A DNA stretch of 64,000 bases from Felis catus (taxonomy: Eukaryota): the NCBI RefSeq assembly GCF_018350175.1, contig NC_058368.1:9796001-9860000 (forward strand), read 5' to 3'. This document shows positions 25,447 through 37,838 of the stretch, in pieces. Position 1 is the stretch's first letter, and each line of letters opens with the position of its first letter. The notes beneath the pieces are model-generated. The model had not been told where the DNA came from. It searched no databases and saw only the letters and a program-made list of their open reading frames with translations. The translations under genes were made by a program, and so were the position numbers.

Positions 25447-25646
25447 CGTTTATTTATTTTTGGGACAGAGAGAGACAGAGCATGAACGGGGGAGGGGCAG
25501 ACAGAGGGGGAGACACAGAATCAGAAACAGGCTCCAGGCTCTGAGCCATCAGCCCAGAGCCTGACGCGGGGCTCGAACTCACGGACCGTGAGATCGTGAC
25601 CTGGCTGAAGTCAGACGCTTAACCGACTGCGCCACCCAGGTGCCCC
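25447..25646 (-). mobile_element. Young felid SINE
   Basis: Perfect 17-bp TSD GGGACAAGCGATTTTAA (25430-25446, 25647-25663). Confidence 0.97.
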
Positions 25647-25889
25647 GGGACAAGCGATTTTAAAACAAAGCCTTGTTTACCAACTGTGTGGTATTCCTCA
25701 TGTCGTACTTGGAGACTGTGTCATTATACCCTATTAGAAGGGTGAATTTTTTGGAGAGAGGCAATGCATTACAAGCTAAATGTATCAATCTTACTGTAAA
25801 CAACTCTAGTTCCTTTTTCATTTTTAGTTATTTAGCGTGCATTTCTCGGAATACACTGAGCACTTTAAATACACTACCTTGTTAAAATT

Positions 25890-26065
25890 CTTTTAATGTG
25901 CATTTATTTTTAAGAGAGAGACAGAGTGTAAGTGGGGGAGGGGCAGAAAGAGAGAGGGGGAGACACAGAATGGGAAGCAGGTTCCAGGCTCTGAGTTGTC
26001 AGAGCGGGGCTCGAACCCAAGAACTGTGAGATCATGACCTGGGCTGAAGCCAGACACTTAACCAC
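25890..26065 (-). mobile_element. Felid SINE (head truncated), inside a MIR relic
   Basis: Reverse SINE body; MIR motif TTTTACAGATGAGAAAA follows at ~26120. Confidence 0.88.
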
Positions 26066-26417
26066 TTGCTTAACCTTGTTTAATCTCTACAGGATTCTGT
26101 GAGGAAGGCATTGCACCCGTTTTACAGATGAGAAAATAATGTCATTTAAATGCCTCACTTATTTGAGAGGACATACTTCCTAAGTGGCAGCACCAGGCCA
26201 TAAGCTACTCTGAGTCGGAGTCCCAAAGCCTCTGCTCTTAATTAAGAGAATGCCTTTCCTACGTTACTTTCAGAGAGTGTGGTCTGATGGATGGAGAACA
26301 TAATAAGCACAGGTCACAAGACAGGCTGTGGAAGGGGGAGGAGAAAAAGACAGGAAGGCTTTCAGACACCAAAACCAAGTGTATACAACCTGAATCAGTT
26401 CTTTTAATTTCAAGAAA

Positions 26418-26621
26418 ATTTTTAACGTTTATTTATTTTTGTGAGAGAAAGAGTGCATGTGTGCGAGCGAGGGAGAGGCAGAGAGTGAGGGGAACAGAGG
26501 ATCCAAAGAGGGTTCTGCACTGACAGCAGAGAGCCTGATGCGGGGATTGAACTCACGAACAGTGATATCGTGACCTGAGCCAAAGTGGGATGCTTAACTG
26601 ACTAAGCCACCCAGGCGCCCC
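26418..26621 (-). mobile_element. Carnivore SINE
   Basis: Reverse body ending CCAGGCGCCCC. Confidence 0.93.
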
Positions 26622-26623
26622 AG

Positions 26624-26843
26624 TTTTTTTTTTTTTTAATGTTTATTTATTTTGAGAGAGAGAGAGGGACACAGAGAGAGAAAGAGCAGAGGGAGGGGCA
26701 GAGAGGGAGAGAGAGAAATCCCAAGCAGGCTCCATGCTGTCAACACAGAGCCAGACGTGGGGCTCGAACCCACCAGCCATGAGATCATGACCTGGGCTGA
26801 AATCAACAGTCGGAGGCTTAACAGACTGAGCCACCCAGGCACC
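26624..26843 (-). mobile_element. Carnivore SINE (tandem with previous)
   Basis: Poly(T), (GA) tract, reverse body ending CCAGGCACC. Confidence 0.94.
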
Positions 26844-27074
26844 TGGCAACTTGAATCAATTCTTGTGCTAAAGGGGTCAAAGGCCATGCATTTCATCTCT
26901 GTATATTTGTTCATCCTTGCTTACTGGAGAAAACGAAGACGGGTCTAGAGGCAGAGTCTAGCCATCCACAGTTCTCTAACCTGCCAAGAAGTTTATATAT
27001 GCATGGGCCTAATTAGAAGGAAGATGGGACAAAGCAGAACGTGATTACAGATTCAGTGCATTTCTTGATCCTGA

Positions 27075-27626
27075 TGATGGGTGCTTGTGTGTCCCCACCC
27101 CAACCCAATTCACATGCTGAAGCCCTCATCTCCAATGGGATGATATCTGGAGGTGGCGCCTTTGCGACGTAATTAGGTCTTAAGGGTATAGCTATAGCCC
27201 TCGTGAACCCGATTAGTGCCCTTACAAGAAAAGACACAAAGGGCACCTGGGTGGCTCAGTTGGTTAAGCGTCTGATTTCGGCCCAGGTCATGATCTCACG
27301 GTTCGTGAGTTTGAGCCCCTCTGCTGCCAGCATGGAGCCTGCTTTGGATCCTCTGTTTCCCTCTCTCTCTGCCCCTCCCTCACTCATGCTCTCTCCCTCT
27401 CAAAAACAAACATTAAAAAAAAAAAGACACGAGACAGACGACACAGAAAGCAAGAAGACAACGGTCTGTAAACCAGGAGAGGGCCTTCACCAGAACCTGA
27501 CCGCACTGGCACTCATCTCAGGCTTCCAGCCTCCAGAACCATGAGAAATAAATGTGTGTTGTTGAAGTCACTCCATCTATGATAATTTGTTACAGCAGCC
27601 TGGCCCTGTTGACCCGGACTAAGACA
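27075..27626 (+). mobile_element. MLT1A-like MaLR LTR split by a SINE
   Basis: AATTCACATGCTGAAGCCCT...GATTAGTGCCCTTA...TTCCAGCCTCCAGAAC...AGAAATAAAT...GACTAAGACA. Confidence 0.88.
27241..27425 (+). mobile_element. Carnivore SINE in LTR
   Basis: SINE head, A tail; short TSD AAAAGACAC. Confidence 0.92.
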
Positions 27627-28629
27627 ATGGGTCAACAGCATTTTCTTTGTATGTGAAGGACAACAGCACACTGGTCCTGATGACTCACAAGCAGAGAGAG
27701 TGGGAGTGAAAAAGAAGTCTGAGGCACCGCATAGAAGCCACCCTTCTGCTTAAACAAGTACACTGAAAGAGAAAGCAACAAATGATTCAAATTCTCGTTC
27801 TTTAAAAAAAAAAAAAAATCACTTGTGAATTTCTAGATGTGGGTGAAAACTTCTACGTGTTGTAAAAGTGCTTTAGTGCATTATTGGGTTCTCATTTTCC
27901 TTAGTCTAAGGTAACTTTTTCCCTTCGAACTCCTGCATTTTATTTTTATGATCACTTAGCTTTCAGAAAGTAATTTCAGTAACTGCTTAACTTAATCAGT
28001 CTGCACGCACACCCTGACGCATGCGACTCTACTTACATACCCTACACGGAATTGGGCCCCCATAAATCCCCATCTTTCCACACAGTGTACTTCCGATTTT
28101 GTGTGCAGCTTTCTTGTTCGAGCACTGTATTAAACGCTCTGCTTCCCACACTTATAAGGACAATGAGAATATGAGCAGTTTTGGTTACTTCTTCATATCA
28201 AAAGAAGTTCATCTCCGTATTATTAAAAGCTTTTCTTAAATGTCCGTCTTTTTGTGCTACTGTCCTGGGCACTCTACCAAGATGCATCAAATAGACAAGG
28301 CCCATGCTCCGTGGAGATGATTCTATATTCCATATTTTCCGAGGGAGTTCCGATTTCACCTAATTCCCTCTTACTTAAATAAAGGCAATTTTGTCATATC
28401 CTCAAAAGAATTACATGCATGTTCTCAAAATTTAGTCTATCATAGACCCTTCACAAATAGTTTTGTTCAAAAGTCAGCCTCATGAATAAATGTGTGCATT
28501 CGTTATAAATTATATTCTCATAAATTCAAACTTAAAAGAGTAAGAATAGTTGGAAGGTGATAGAAAAATCATATTCTGACTAGAAATACGGAAATTTTTG
28601 GCATATACTAACATTTTATTCTATATTGT

Positions 28630-28821
28630 TTTAAGTTTTTATTTATTTTGAAAGGGAGAGTGGGGGGTGAGGGACACAGAGAGAGGGAGACAGAGTCCCA
28701 AGCAGACTCCATACTGTCAGTGCCGAGCCCGATGCAGGACTTGAAACTCATGAACCTCGAGATCATGACCTGAGCTGAAATCAAGAGTTGGATGCTTAAC
28801 CGACTGAGCCACCCAGGTGCC
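28630..28821 (-). mobile_element. Carnivore SINE
   Basis: Reverse body ending CCAGGTGCC. Confidence 0.93.
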
Positions 28822-29247
28822 TCTGTATTTTTTTTTTTTTTGATTGGCAGGCAAAAAATGAGGTAGGAATTCTGACAACTTATAGAAGTAATAGAAGTGT
28901 AGGAAAGCACTCTTCCAGGATTAGCAAAAAAATGACTACATTCTGTTTTGGACAATTAAGCTCACGAAGAATAAAACTCCACTTTTAACAGACGGCATAG
29001 TATTTTGTGGTTTTGAAGCCACAAATGGGGTAATGAAAAGCATTTAAATCTATTCAAGTCTAGAGAAAACAGGGATTGTCTAAACAGAATGAAAAGATGT
29101 CAATATGAGTAAGAAAAACTAATACATTTGAGCATTATATTTCACAAATATTACATTATATTGCTCTAAACATTATACTCTAGTAGCTACTATTTACATT
29201 CAAAAATTTCTTGTGAGTTATATATAGATTTTAAAATAATTTAGTGA

Positions 29248-29456
29248 GGGGCGCCTGGGTGGCTCAGTCGGTTGGGCGTCCAACTTCACAGCTCAGGTCA
29301 TGATCTCGCGGTCCGTGAGTTCGAGCCCCGCGACAGGCTCTGTGCTGACAGCTCGGAGCCTGGAGCCTGCTTCCCATTCTGTGTCTCCCTCTCTCTCTGC
29401 CCCTCCCCTGCTCATGCTCTGTCTCTCTCTGTCTCAAAAATAAAAACATTAAAAAA
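29248..29456 (+). mobile_element. Felid SINE
   Basis: TSD AAAATAATTTA(G/A)TGA. Confidence 0.96.
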
Positions 29457-32242
29457 AATAATTTAATGAAAACCTGCTTGTATTTGCTTAGTAAATTTAC
29501 TGTATCATCAATCAGGCTGTAGGGACCGTGAGGCCACACCTGAAACTATGTCTGTATTGATCTGAACCAAAGAGCAGGTGTCACTTCGGAGGAAATGAAA
29601 TAGCTTCAGGCAGAGTTCTGCAAGCTTACGATGCGAAGGTAAGCATGACTTCAAAGAACGGACATTGAGTTAAAACTTAAGGATGAATATGATGTCACCA
29701 GGCATGGAACAATGCCAGGACGGTTCATGAGTGTTAGGGGTGAGTAGTGTTAATAAATACTCCAGTTAGGAAATCCCTTTCTTGTCTCAAACACGTCAGC
29801 AACAGGCAAGGACACATCAGAGATAAAGTATTCATCTTAGCCTTCAGACACTGTTCAGTTACGTTCTATAAAGGCATTAAGAATTATTTAATGTTGAAGG
29901 CCATTCTAAATGCAAATTCTCTATCTTGCTGATAGAAATTAGGCTGCGTATTTATTACAACAATTTTAATTAAGTAAAATATATTAGCCTTGCACTAGCA
30001 AAAGCAAAATTAGAATTCACGACTTTACAATCATGGCAAGATTATCTAAATGCATCTCCACTAACTAACTGAAATTTCCTTTGACTCTCCCATTTCCTTG
30101 TACTTCTCAACATATTTTCCCAGTATTTCACCAAAGCAAGGGATCGGCTGGGTAAAACTTCATACTGATGAACTTTGCTAATCCTTTGTTAACTCTGTGT
30201 ATATGGTTCAAGGAAAAAGGGAATGAAATTCTCATATTATTTCTGCTTTTCCTATCTCCTAAAACTACTCTAGAGAATAAGTTTTTCTAGGTGTTATTTA
30301 ACAATTTGGATTAAAAGAGACCCTGGTTATGCTTCACAGATTGTAACGAAACTTAAGTGGTTTTCATTAGAAAAGCATGGAGGCCTCCCACATTGTTGGT
30401 TTAATCTCACAATTACCTAGATATCTATCAACAGAACTCTTAAGTAGTTTGTTAACTCTCGATGCCAAGAGCTGACAGTTTCACTTTCAGCTTTGAGAAT
30501 ATCTATTGTTTCAGTGGTGTAAGAATGTCATCAGAGCCTCTACAAAATAATCACTTGTAATTGTAACTTGTATTAGGTTGAGAAAAATTTCCAGAGAAAT
30601 GTGGAAGACACAATTCATTAATTATGGGAATTTGACTAATAATTCTTCTGGGGGGGTGTGTGTGTCTGAATTTTAAATGGAGGCATCTTTGCAAGTCAGA
30701 CTCAACTCCTCATTACTCTGTGATGCAGGCTCCTCCAAATGGCAGCAGAAATGTACTACTCTCTAGAAATTCTACAGTAGTGCTAAAATTTTATGGTTTT
30801 GTAGAGATAAGCACAGATTAAAAGAAATATATTCTTAGAAGAATAGTATTATTTAAAATAAAGACACCGTTGTGACTGCAAACCAGGATACCTTTTCTAG
30901 AATAGTAAGCTCTACAATTTTCTGTACAGTTTTTAGATAAAATTGGATTTTTTTTCAATGTGGAAAAAAGGGTGAATTGTTGAAGATGACATTTTTTGTA
31001 TATAATTTAACAAAATTTAAAATATGCAATTATATGTGATATATTCAAATATTTTTGATAAGCTTTTGATTATGCACAAAGTAGATCTATCATCAAAAAC
31101 TGTCAATTATTCAAAACTTCATGTAACCATAGCGATTAATACTAGAGGGAGAAAAGACAGAGTCCAATGATTCTAGCACTTCCCAAAAGGAAGACTCCAG
31201 GTCAGGGGTGAATCAGTGATCATGTTCAAGACTATCAGACATGTAGATCTAGGACAGACAGGTGGAAGGGGAAAACAATGAATACACCAATGGACGCAAG
31301 TGGTTTTGAGATGCCCAAGATCAAAAGTCACTTGCCCTGTGAACTACTACTTTCAACTGGAATTAACTTCTCTTCTGGACTCACATAGCACTTTTTATTT
31401 TGATAATGACATAACTATATTTTGTTTGTAGATATTTCCATTATTGCATTGTTATTTTACAGTTGTCTTCAGAGTTCTCTTATCATACCAGGAATCTTCA
31501 TTGTATCTGTTTACAAGTGTTTTTTTCCTTCTTCATGTACTCTTCCCAATCCCACTGCTTGAAGCTTATTCATTTCTGTATTCCTAGTGCCAACACGGTC
31601 GGCATCCACACATAGATGATGTCCAATGAATGGTTGCTAAATAAATCCTCTTATGATAATAGCACTACGTTAATATAATCCGCAGTCAACATTTCTTAAT
31701 GTTTTAAAATAAACAGAACACAGTCATTTAGTAAACATTTACTGGAAACCTACTCATTTCCTTGGACTACTCTACGATGGGAATATTGAGAGAATTATGG
31801 TAAGCCTCTCATTCTACTGAAAGTCTCAACTGGTGCAGCATTATAGGTCAAACTTTTCATGAAATGCCTTCAGATTTCATGTTTGGAATAACACATATTA
31901 CCAGTTATGCCAAGATTCTGCTATCCTCTGAAGCTACACTTTACCTATTTCACAATTTTGTTGAGGGCTTGCCCTGATGCAGAAATTTATACTATACTAC
32001 ACATGAAAATTCTTTTTATGATGCTTACTGCATGTTATCTAGTCCCTTTATATAATGCTTATACATACTGAGTTTGGTTTATTTTCCATATAATGTATGC
32101 ATGCGCCACATAAAAATTCTGTTAATTGTACCAAAATTGTATCTGTTAGTGAATCAGTTAGGACTCTGTATAATTCCATCTCAATCAATATATTAAAATC
32201 TACCAAAAATAGAAGTAAAAAGCAAGAGTATCTTTAAAAAAA

Positions 32243-32454
32243 TTTTTTTTAATGTTTATTTATTTTTGAGAGAGAAAGAGGCAGCGCACGAGCAGGGGAG
32301 GGGCAGAGAGAGAGGGAGACACAGAATCCAAAGCAGGCTCCAGGCTCCGAGCTGTCAGCACAGAGCCCGACGCGGGGCTCAAACCCATGAGAACTGTGAG
32401 ATATGACCTGAGCCAAAGTCAGAAGCTTAACCGACTGAGCCACCCAGGCGCCCC
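32243..32454 (-). mobile_element. Felid SINE
   Basis: TSD AAGC(A/G)AGAGTATCTTT. Confidence 0.96.
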
Positions 32455-33489
32455 AAGCGAGAGTATCTTTATAGTATAGTATACTTATTATTTTAAATAT
32501 TTGCTTATAGAGTTATAAAGTGGAAAAAATAGTATTATTAAGTCAAATTCATGTTTGTTTGATTCATTCAAGAGACAAGAAAGCAATTGATATAACAAGC
32601 CAAGTTGGTGGCTAAACCTGCTTTAGTTTTTGTTTGTTTTTTAAAACTTGGAAGTGATAAATATACGCCAAAGTGAGCTCAGGTATTTCCAATCATAAGT
32701 CCCGAAGAAAAGACATTAGCACTCTTGACAATACTGACATCATTAAGATATTTGTGAGTCCAAAGGTTCATGTGACACAGTTTCTACCTGCAACAGGCTC
32801 TATTCGTCTTCCAGAGGGATGCCGTTCAACTCACTAATACAACCTGAAGAGCTTAACACAGTGCTTTATTTACAGCAGATACTCAAAAATCCTTCATCAA
32901 CTGAGTTACAAGGTAAACTACTACTGACAGAAAATTTTCACTTATGGCGGGTCTATATGGCTGAAGACAGCTCTGAAATCCTGTAGAAGAGTCAGTCACT
33001 CTTCTCCATAAGCAAGGAGGTCTGTCAGTTTCAAGTCCGTAAGAAGATACTGACTTAAAAGCAATTTTCTAACAACAGTATCACCATAAATCTAATACGG
33101 GGTGAGCAACAGGAAAAACATAAACAGGAGTCGCATTTAAAAACATGCCTCCCCCCTCCCCCCAAACAAAACATAGCAACAACAAAAAAAATCCACGTGT
33201 CCAGCGTGTAACAGGCACCCCCGGTCAATGTGGCATTTCCACTCTAAATGTAGTAGGGACATCCTGTCTCCAAGCTCTCTTCCACGAGTCCATTTTCTTA
33301 TCACTGTCCAAGGCCAACACTATTAATCTGTCCTCTTACATAACGTTTTCATACATTTTATATACCACTTCTTCCTCTCCCAAAATACATATAGTAGTAA
33401 CACTGTGATGTGTCTTTCTCCACCTTATTTAGTGGAATTTTTTTTTAACAACTTAGACCTAATTTTCAAACCCCACAGCGATGGATTCC

Positions 33490-33660
33490 ATTTGATATAT
33501 TGTTAGAAGCACTGGATTGACGTCAAGAGGCCTGGGAGACCTCAATTCTAGTTCTGCCAGCGCCTGCCACAAAAGAGACAAACCATTAGGCTTTGCGAGG
33601 CTTCAGCTTCCTTGTTTGTAGAGCCAGAAGATTGTAAAATCATGCTTCTGGTCCCATTAG
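33490..33660 (+). mobile_element. MIR relic
   Basis: AGAAGCACTGGA...GAGACCTCAATTCTAGTTCTG...CTTCAGCTTCCTTGTTTGTA. Confidence 0.55.
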
Positions 33661-34184
33661 GCGATGAAATGCTGCGATTCTGTGACTGTTTCCTTTTCTC
33701 ACCTAAGAATACAAAGCTGACACACACGAGGCTACAGAATTTGAGTGTTAGATTCTCCATTGTTTGAAATTCTCTCTTGCTTTGCATTCAACCATAAAGG
33801 TCTCTCATTTCTGAAGTCTCTCTTTTGTGTACCTGGCATGTATTTTTCTATCCTTGGCAGCATTGCCTCCTTTTCACCCTACGTATTTTCTCTACATGAT
33901 GTGACCCAACCTGTGGCTTCCACTGCCATCCATGTGCTGGCGCCTCTCCTCCCATCACCACTGCCAGCTAGCTCCTGGCTCCTTCCAGGAGCTCCCGATT
34001 TACTATCATCCCCACTGAGCTGTCCTCCCCCCCCCCCCCCCCCCCCCCAAGAGTCGCTCCTTATTCTGTGTCCTCTGTGAGAAACCGGAGTCATCCTCAA
34101 CTCTTCCTTCTCCTTCCCTTCGCACATCCAATCAGTCACCAACTTGTGCTCAGTTTATCTTCTAAATGGTTTCTGGAATGTGGC

Positions 34185-34553
34185 TGTTATGGACTGCATG
34201 TTTGTTTCCCCTGGTCCCCATTCATACCGAAGCCGTAACTCCCCCGCATGACTGTATTTGGAGAGGCAAAGCCTCTAAGGAAGAAATTAAGGTCAAAAGG
34301 GGTCATAACGGTGGGGCCCCGATTCAACAGGATTAGTGTCCTTAAAAGACACACCGAAGAGCTGGCTCTCTCTCCCCACAAGCACACGCCGAGGAAAGGC
34401 TACCATCGACAAGCCAGAAGGAGGGCCCTTACAGAAGCCAATCCCGATAGTACCTTCATCTTAGACTTCTAGCCTCCAGAGTTGTAAGAAAATCAATCTC
34501 TGTTGTGAGGTTACACAGTTTATGGTAATTTGTTACCGCAGCCCCCGAAGACA
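34185..34553 (+). mobile_element. MLT1A-like MaLR solo LTR
   Basis: TGTTATGGACTG...GGATTAGTGTCCTTA...GACTTCTAGCCTCCAGA...AAGACA. Confidence 0.88.
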
Positions 34554-35286
34554 TCCCTCCTTCTGCTCCGCAACCCCCGGGGCAGCTCACCATCCTCTCT
34601 CCCCTGTAGTCTGGTCGCTCTCTTCTCACCTCCTAACTACTGAATGGCACTGTGGGGTAGTCGGATCACTGGGGACTGAGTCCCTGCTCCGCCGCCGACT
34701 CTGTACGCTTGGGCCAGCTACTGAATCTGGGTGTCAGTGATCTCCCTGCGCAGTGAACAGGAGGGTTGTTTCGGCAAGGTGACACATGTAAAACGCTCAC
34801 AGGACTGCTTGGTGCATTATAAGCATCTGGTGAAAGTGGGCTATTCTGGTCTCCGTTTCCAGAACAAGCCACCTGAACCACAGAGCTGCCCACGCCATTC
34901 CCATGTTTTACAACTCTTCGCTGGGCTCCCCGCCACTGACAGAATAAAGTTCAGGCTCCTTAGCATGACTTACGGGCTCCTTAAGAACCTGCAAGTTTCA
35001 CAACAGGAAGTCAAGTGAACCCTCTGCTCCTAGTCTGGCCTCAGGCGTATCACTCCTCACCCACACTCTGCTCCAGCAACATTGAACTCCTGCTGTTCTG
35101 GGATACTCAGGACCGCTTCCCTCTGCCCTCTGCCTGGAACGCCCCTTGTCCTTTGCTTCACTTGGTCAATTCCTATTCATCCTTCTAGACTCCACGTGGA
35201 TGTTTCCTTCTGAGGAAGCCTTTGTGAACCTCTCAGTCTCAGTAATGAACCTCTCACCTTGGCTCTTTTCATTTTGTTTTTAAACA

Positions 35287-35489
35287 TTTTTAATGTTTAA
35301 TTATGAGAGAGAGACAGACAGAGCATGAGCAGGGGAGGGGCAGAGAGAGAGGGAGACACAGACTCCAAAGCAGGCTCCAGGCTCTGAGCTGTCAGCACAG
35401 AGCCCAACGCAGGGCTTGAACCCACGAACCGTAGATCATGACCTGAGCCGAAGTCGGACGCTCAACCGACAGAGCCACCCAGGTGCCCC
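35287..35489 (-). mobile_element. Felid SINE
   Basis: TSD GCTCTTTTCATTTT. Confidence 0.96.
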
Positions 35490-36251
35490 TGCTCTTTTCA
35501 TTTTCATGTAAGCCTTTATCATAGCACTTAACCATTATAAAACTGAAGTGATCTATTTGTGTGTCTTCATTTCCCACTAGACAGAAAACTCAAGATCAGA
35601 GACCATTTTTATTCTTTTTTTTTTTTTTTTTGTATCATATTATTTAACAACCTGACTTGCAGTCAGCACTCAGTAAATGTTTGACAAGCTCAATGGAATT
35701 GAGCTCTGGGACCCAGATGATCTTTTCCATACCCACCACTGCTTTCTAAGTTCATGTCTCTATTTCTCATGTGAGGCCATGCAAAGGATCTCCTGCCTCT
35801 GACCTCTCTCTTCCCCACACTATCCTTTAAGCAGCTGTCAGAACTGTCTTCCTAAAGCACAAACATCTTATCTTACATGGCCTAGATCCAAAACCTCACC
35901 GGGCTTCTCCCTGCAGGAGATGGCATCTAACCTCTTTAACAAGGCACGCAGGTCCTTCAACCCACCCTCTACCTGACTTCTCTGCATGCTCCTAAACTCT
36001 ATGCTACACTGAACTTCTTCTGTTGCTGGAATGAGTTTGGGCCTCTCAAACCTCCTGGCCCGTGCATGCACAGGAGGTCCCCTTGCTTGCATGTTCTTCT
36101 CTCTTACACCTGGAAAATCTTCACTCATTCCATACGATCCATTTGCACTAAGTCACCTCCCTCATCAAGCCTTTCTTGGATTTCGGCTGGGAGAGTTAGT
36201 TGCTTGCTCCACTGTTCCCACAGCACATTGTTCATATTGATATTATAACAC

Positions 36252-36791
36252 ACGTGACTTGTGAACATCAGAGGTTTGAACTGCGTGGGTCCACTTATAC
36301 ACAGATTTTTTTCGGTAAATACTGTTCAGTACTATAAATGTACTTTCTTTTCCTTATGATTTCCTTAATATTTTCTTTTCTCTAGCTTACTTTATTGTAT
36401 GAATACAGTATATAATACATATACAAATACGTGTTAATCACCTGTTTATGTTCTTGGTAAGGCTTCCAGTCAACAGTAGACTGTTAGTAGTTGTTTTGGG
36501 GAGTCAGAAGTTATATGAAGATTTTCTTTTTTTCTTAAATTTTTTTAATGTTTATTTTATTTGGGGGGGGGGAGGGGCAGAGAGAGAGAGAGCGACAGAA
36601 TCCAAGGTAGGCTCCCAGGCTCTGAGCTGTCAGCCCAGAGCCTGACACGGGGCCCGAACCCACAAACTGTGAGATCATGACTCTGAGCCAAAGTCAGGCA
36701 CTTAACTGACTGAGCCACCCAGGCGCCCCAGGATTTTCAACTGCACAGGGGGTCAGTGCCGCTAACCCCCATCTTGTTCAAGGGTCAACTG
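36252..36791 (+). mobile_element. Tigger2a-like TcMar-Tigger non-autonomous DNA transposon, split by a SINE
   Basis: GGTTTGAACTGCGTGGGTCCACTTATAC left end; right TIR TTGTTCAAGGGTCAACTG followed by TA. Confidence 0.88.
36527..36729 (-). mobile_element. Felid SINE within Tigger2a
   Basis: Reverse body ending CCAGGCGCCCC; short flank GATTTTC repeated. Confidence 0.93.
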
Positions 36792-37329
36792 TATTTACTA
36801 AAAGTTATTTTAATTTTTGTCTGTTTTATCCATTTGAGTTCGAGGGCAAGGACTGAATTCTGTCTGTATATCCTGGGAACTAGAACTGCATCTGGCATAC
36901 AGTAAGCAACACTCAATAGTTATAAGCATATTTTTAGGTAAATTTATGAACAGAATAGCTACAAAAAAAAATGAGAAGAACCTTAGGCTTATTACCATAC
37001 TAAGAATACATCCTGAGTAGACACACATTAGATCACTATTTTTCAAACTGTAGGTCACAATCCATCATAAAAAAGAATTTGAATAATAGAAGACCTCAGA
37101 GGACATTACATATAGCAAAGGTGGCCATGAAGTTGGCACAATTTTTGTTTCAGTTACATGTGTGCGTGTGTACGTGTACTGGGTCGCAACGTAAAATTCT
37201 TTTCCTACAATGGAGTGACTTTTTAAAAAGTTAAGAAAACACTGTGTATGGTCACTTCTTAGTTTAGTTTATTAGTTTTTGTAATGACCCCAATATAATG
37301 TCCATCACGTAGAGTCTGGGGAACATTCA

Positions 37330-37580
37330 GTGAGATGTGAAAACTTGTAAGAAAGACTTGGTCCATATCACAGCTCACTGGGCCACCTTACAAAACCTCT
37401 CTTTAGTTCTACCCCCAAGTTTGTCTTCTCATGGAAATCACCCAGAGGACAACAGAAGTATCCTCACAGAGTGGAGATAATGGAATACTGTATGTAAATG
37501 TATGTAAGGCCTCCAAGTACCAAGCACAGTGCTTAGTATTTAGTATTCACTCAGTAAATCTTAGCAAGGATGATGATGAT
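37330..37580 (+). mobile_element. MIR relic
   Basis: ATGTATGTAAGGC...GCACAGTGCTTAG...CACTCAGTAAAT. Confidence 0.6.
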
Positions 37581-37623
37581 GATGAAAGCATAGTACCTGG
37601 ACATAAGATATTAAAAAAACATT

Positions 37624-37838
37624 GGGGCACATTGGGGGGCTCAGTTGGTTAAGCGTCCGACTTCAGCTCAGGTCATGGCCTTGCGGCTCATGAGTTCAAG
37701 CCCCGTACAGGGCTCTGTGCTGACAGCTCAGAGCCTGGAGCCTGCTTCGGATTCTGTGTCTCCCTCGGTCTCTCTGCCCCTCCCCTGCTCACACTCCGTG
37801 TCTCTCTCAAAAATAAATAAACATTAAAATAAAAAAAA
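37624..37838 (+). mobile_element. Felid SINE
   Basis: Head GGGGCAC..., SINEC_Fc body, AATAAATAAACATTAAAA tail. Confidence 0.94.

Larger units (their letters stand above)
33870..36250 (+). mobile_element. Fragmented LINE-2 relics interrupted by an LTR, MIR and SINE
   Basis: GAGTCATCCTCAACTCTTCC...CACATCCAATCAGTCACCAA; CCTCTGCCTGGAACGCCC; CACTCAGTAAATGTTTG. Confidence 0.7.

Noticed and set aside
34027..34048. Poly-C/G tracts (also ~16670, ~44590, ~47865) as G-quadruplex elements
   Set aside because: Simple expansions inside old repeats with no evidence of function
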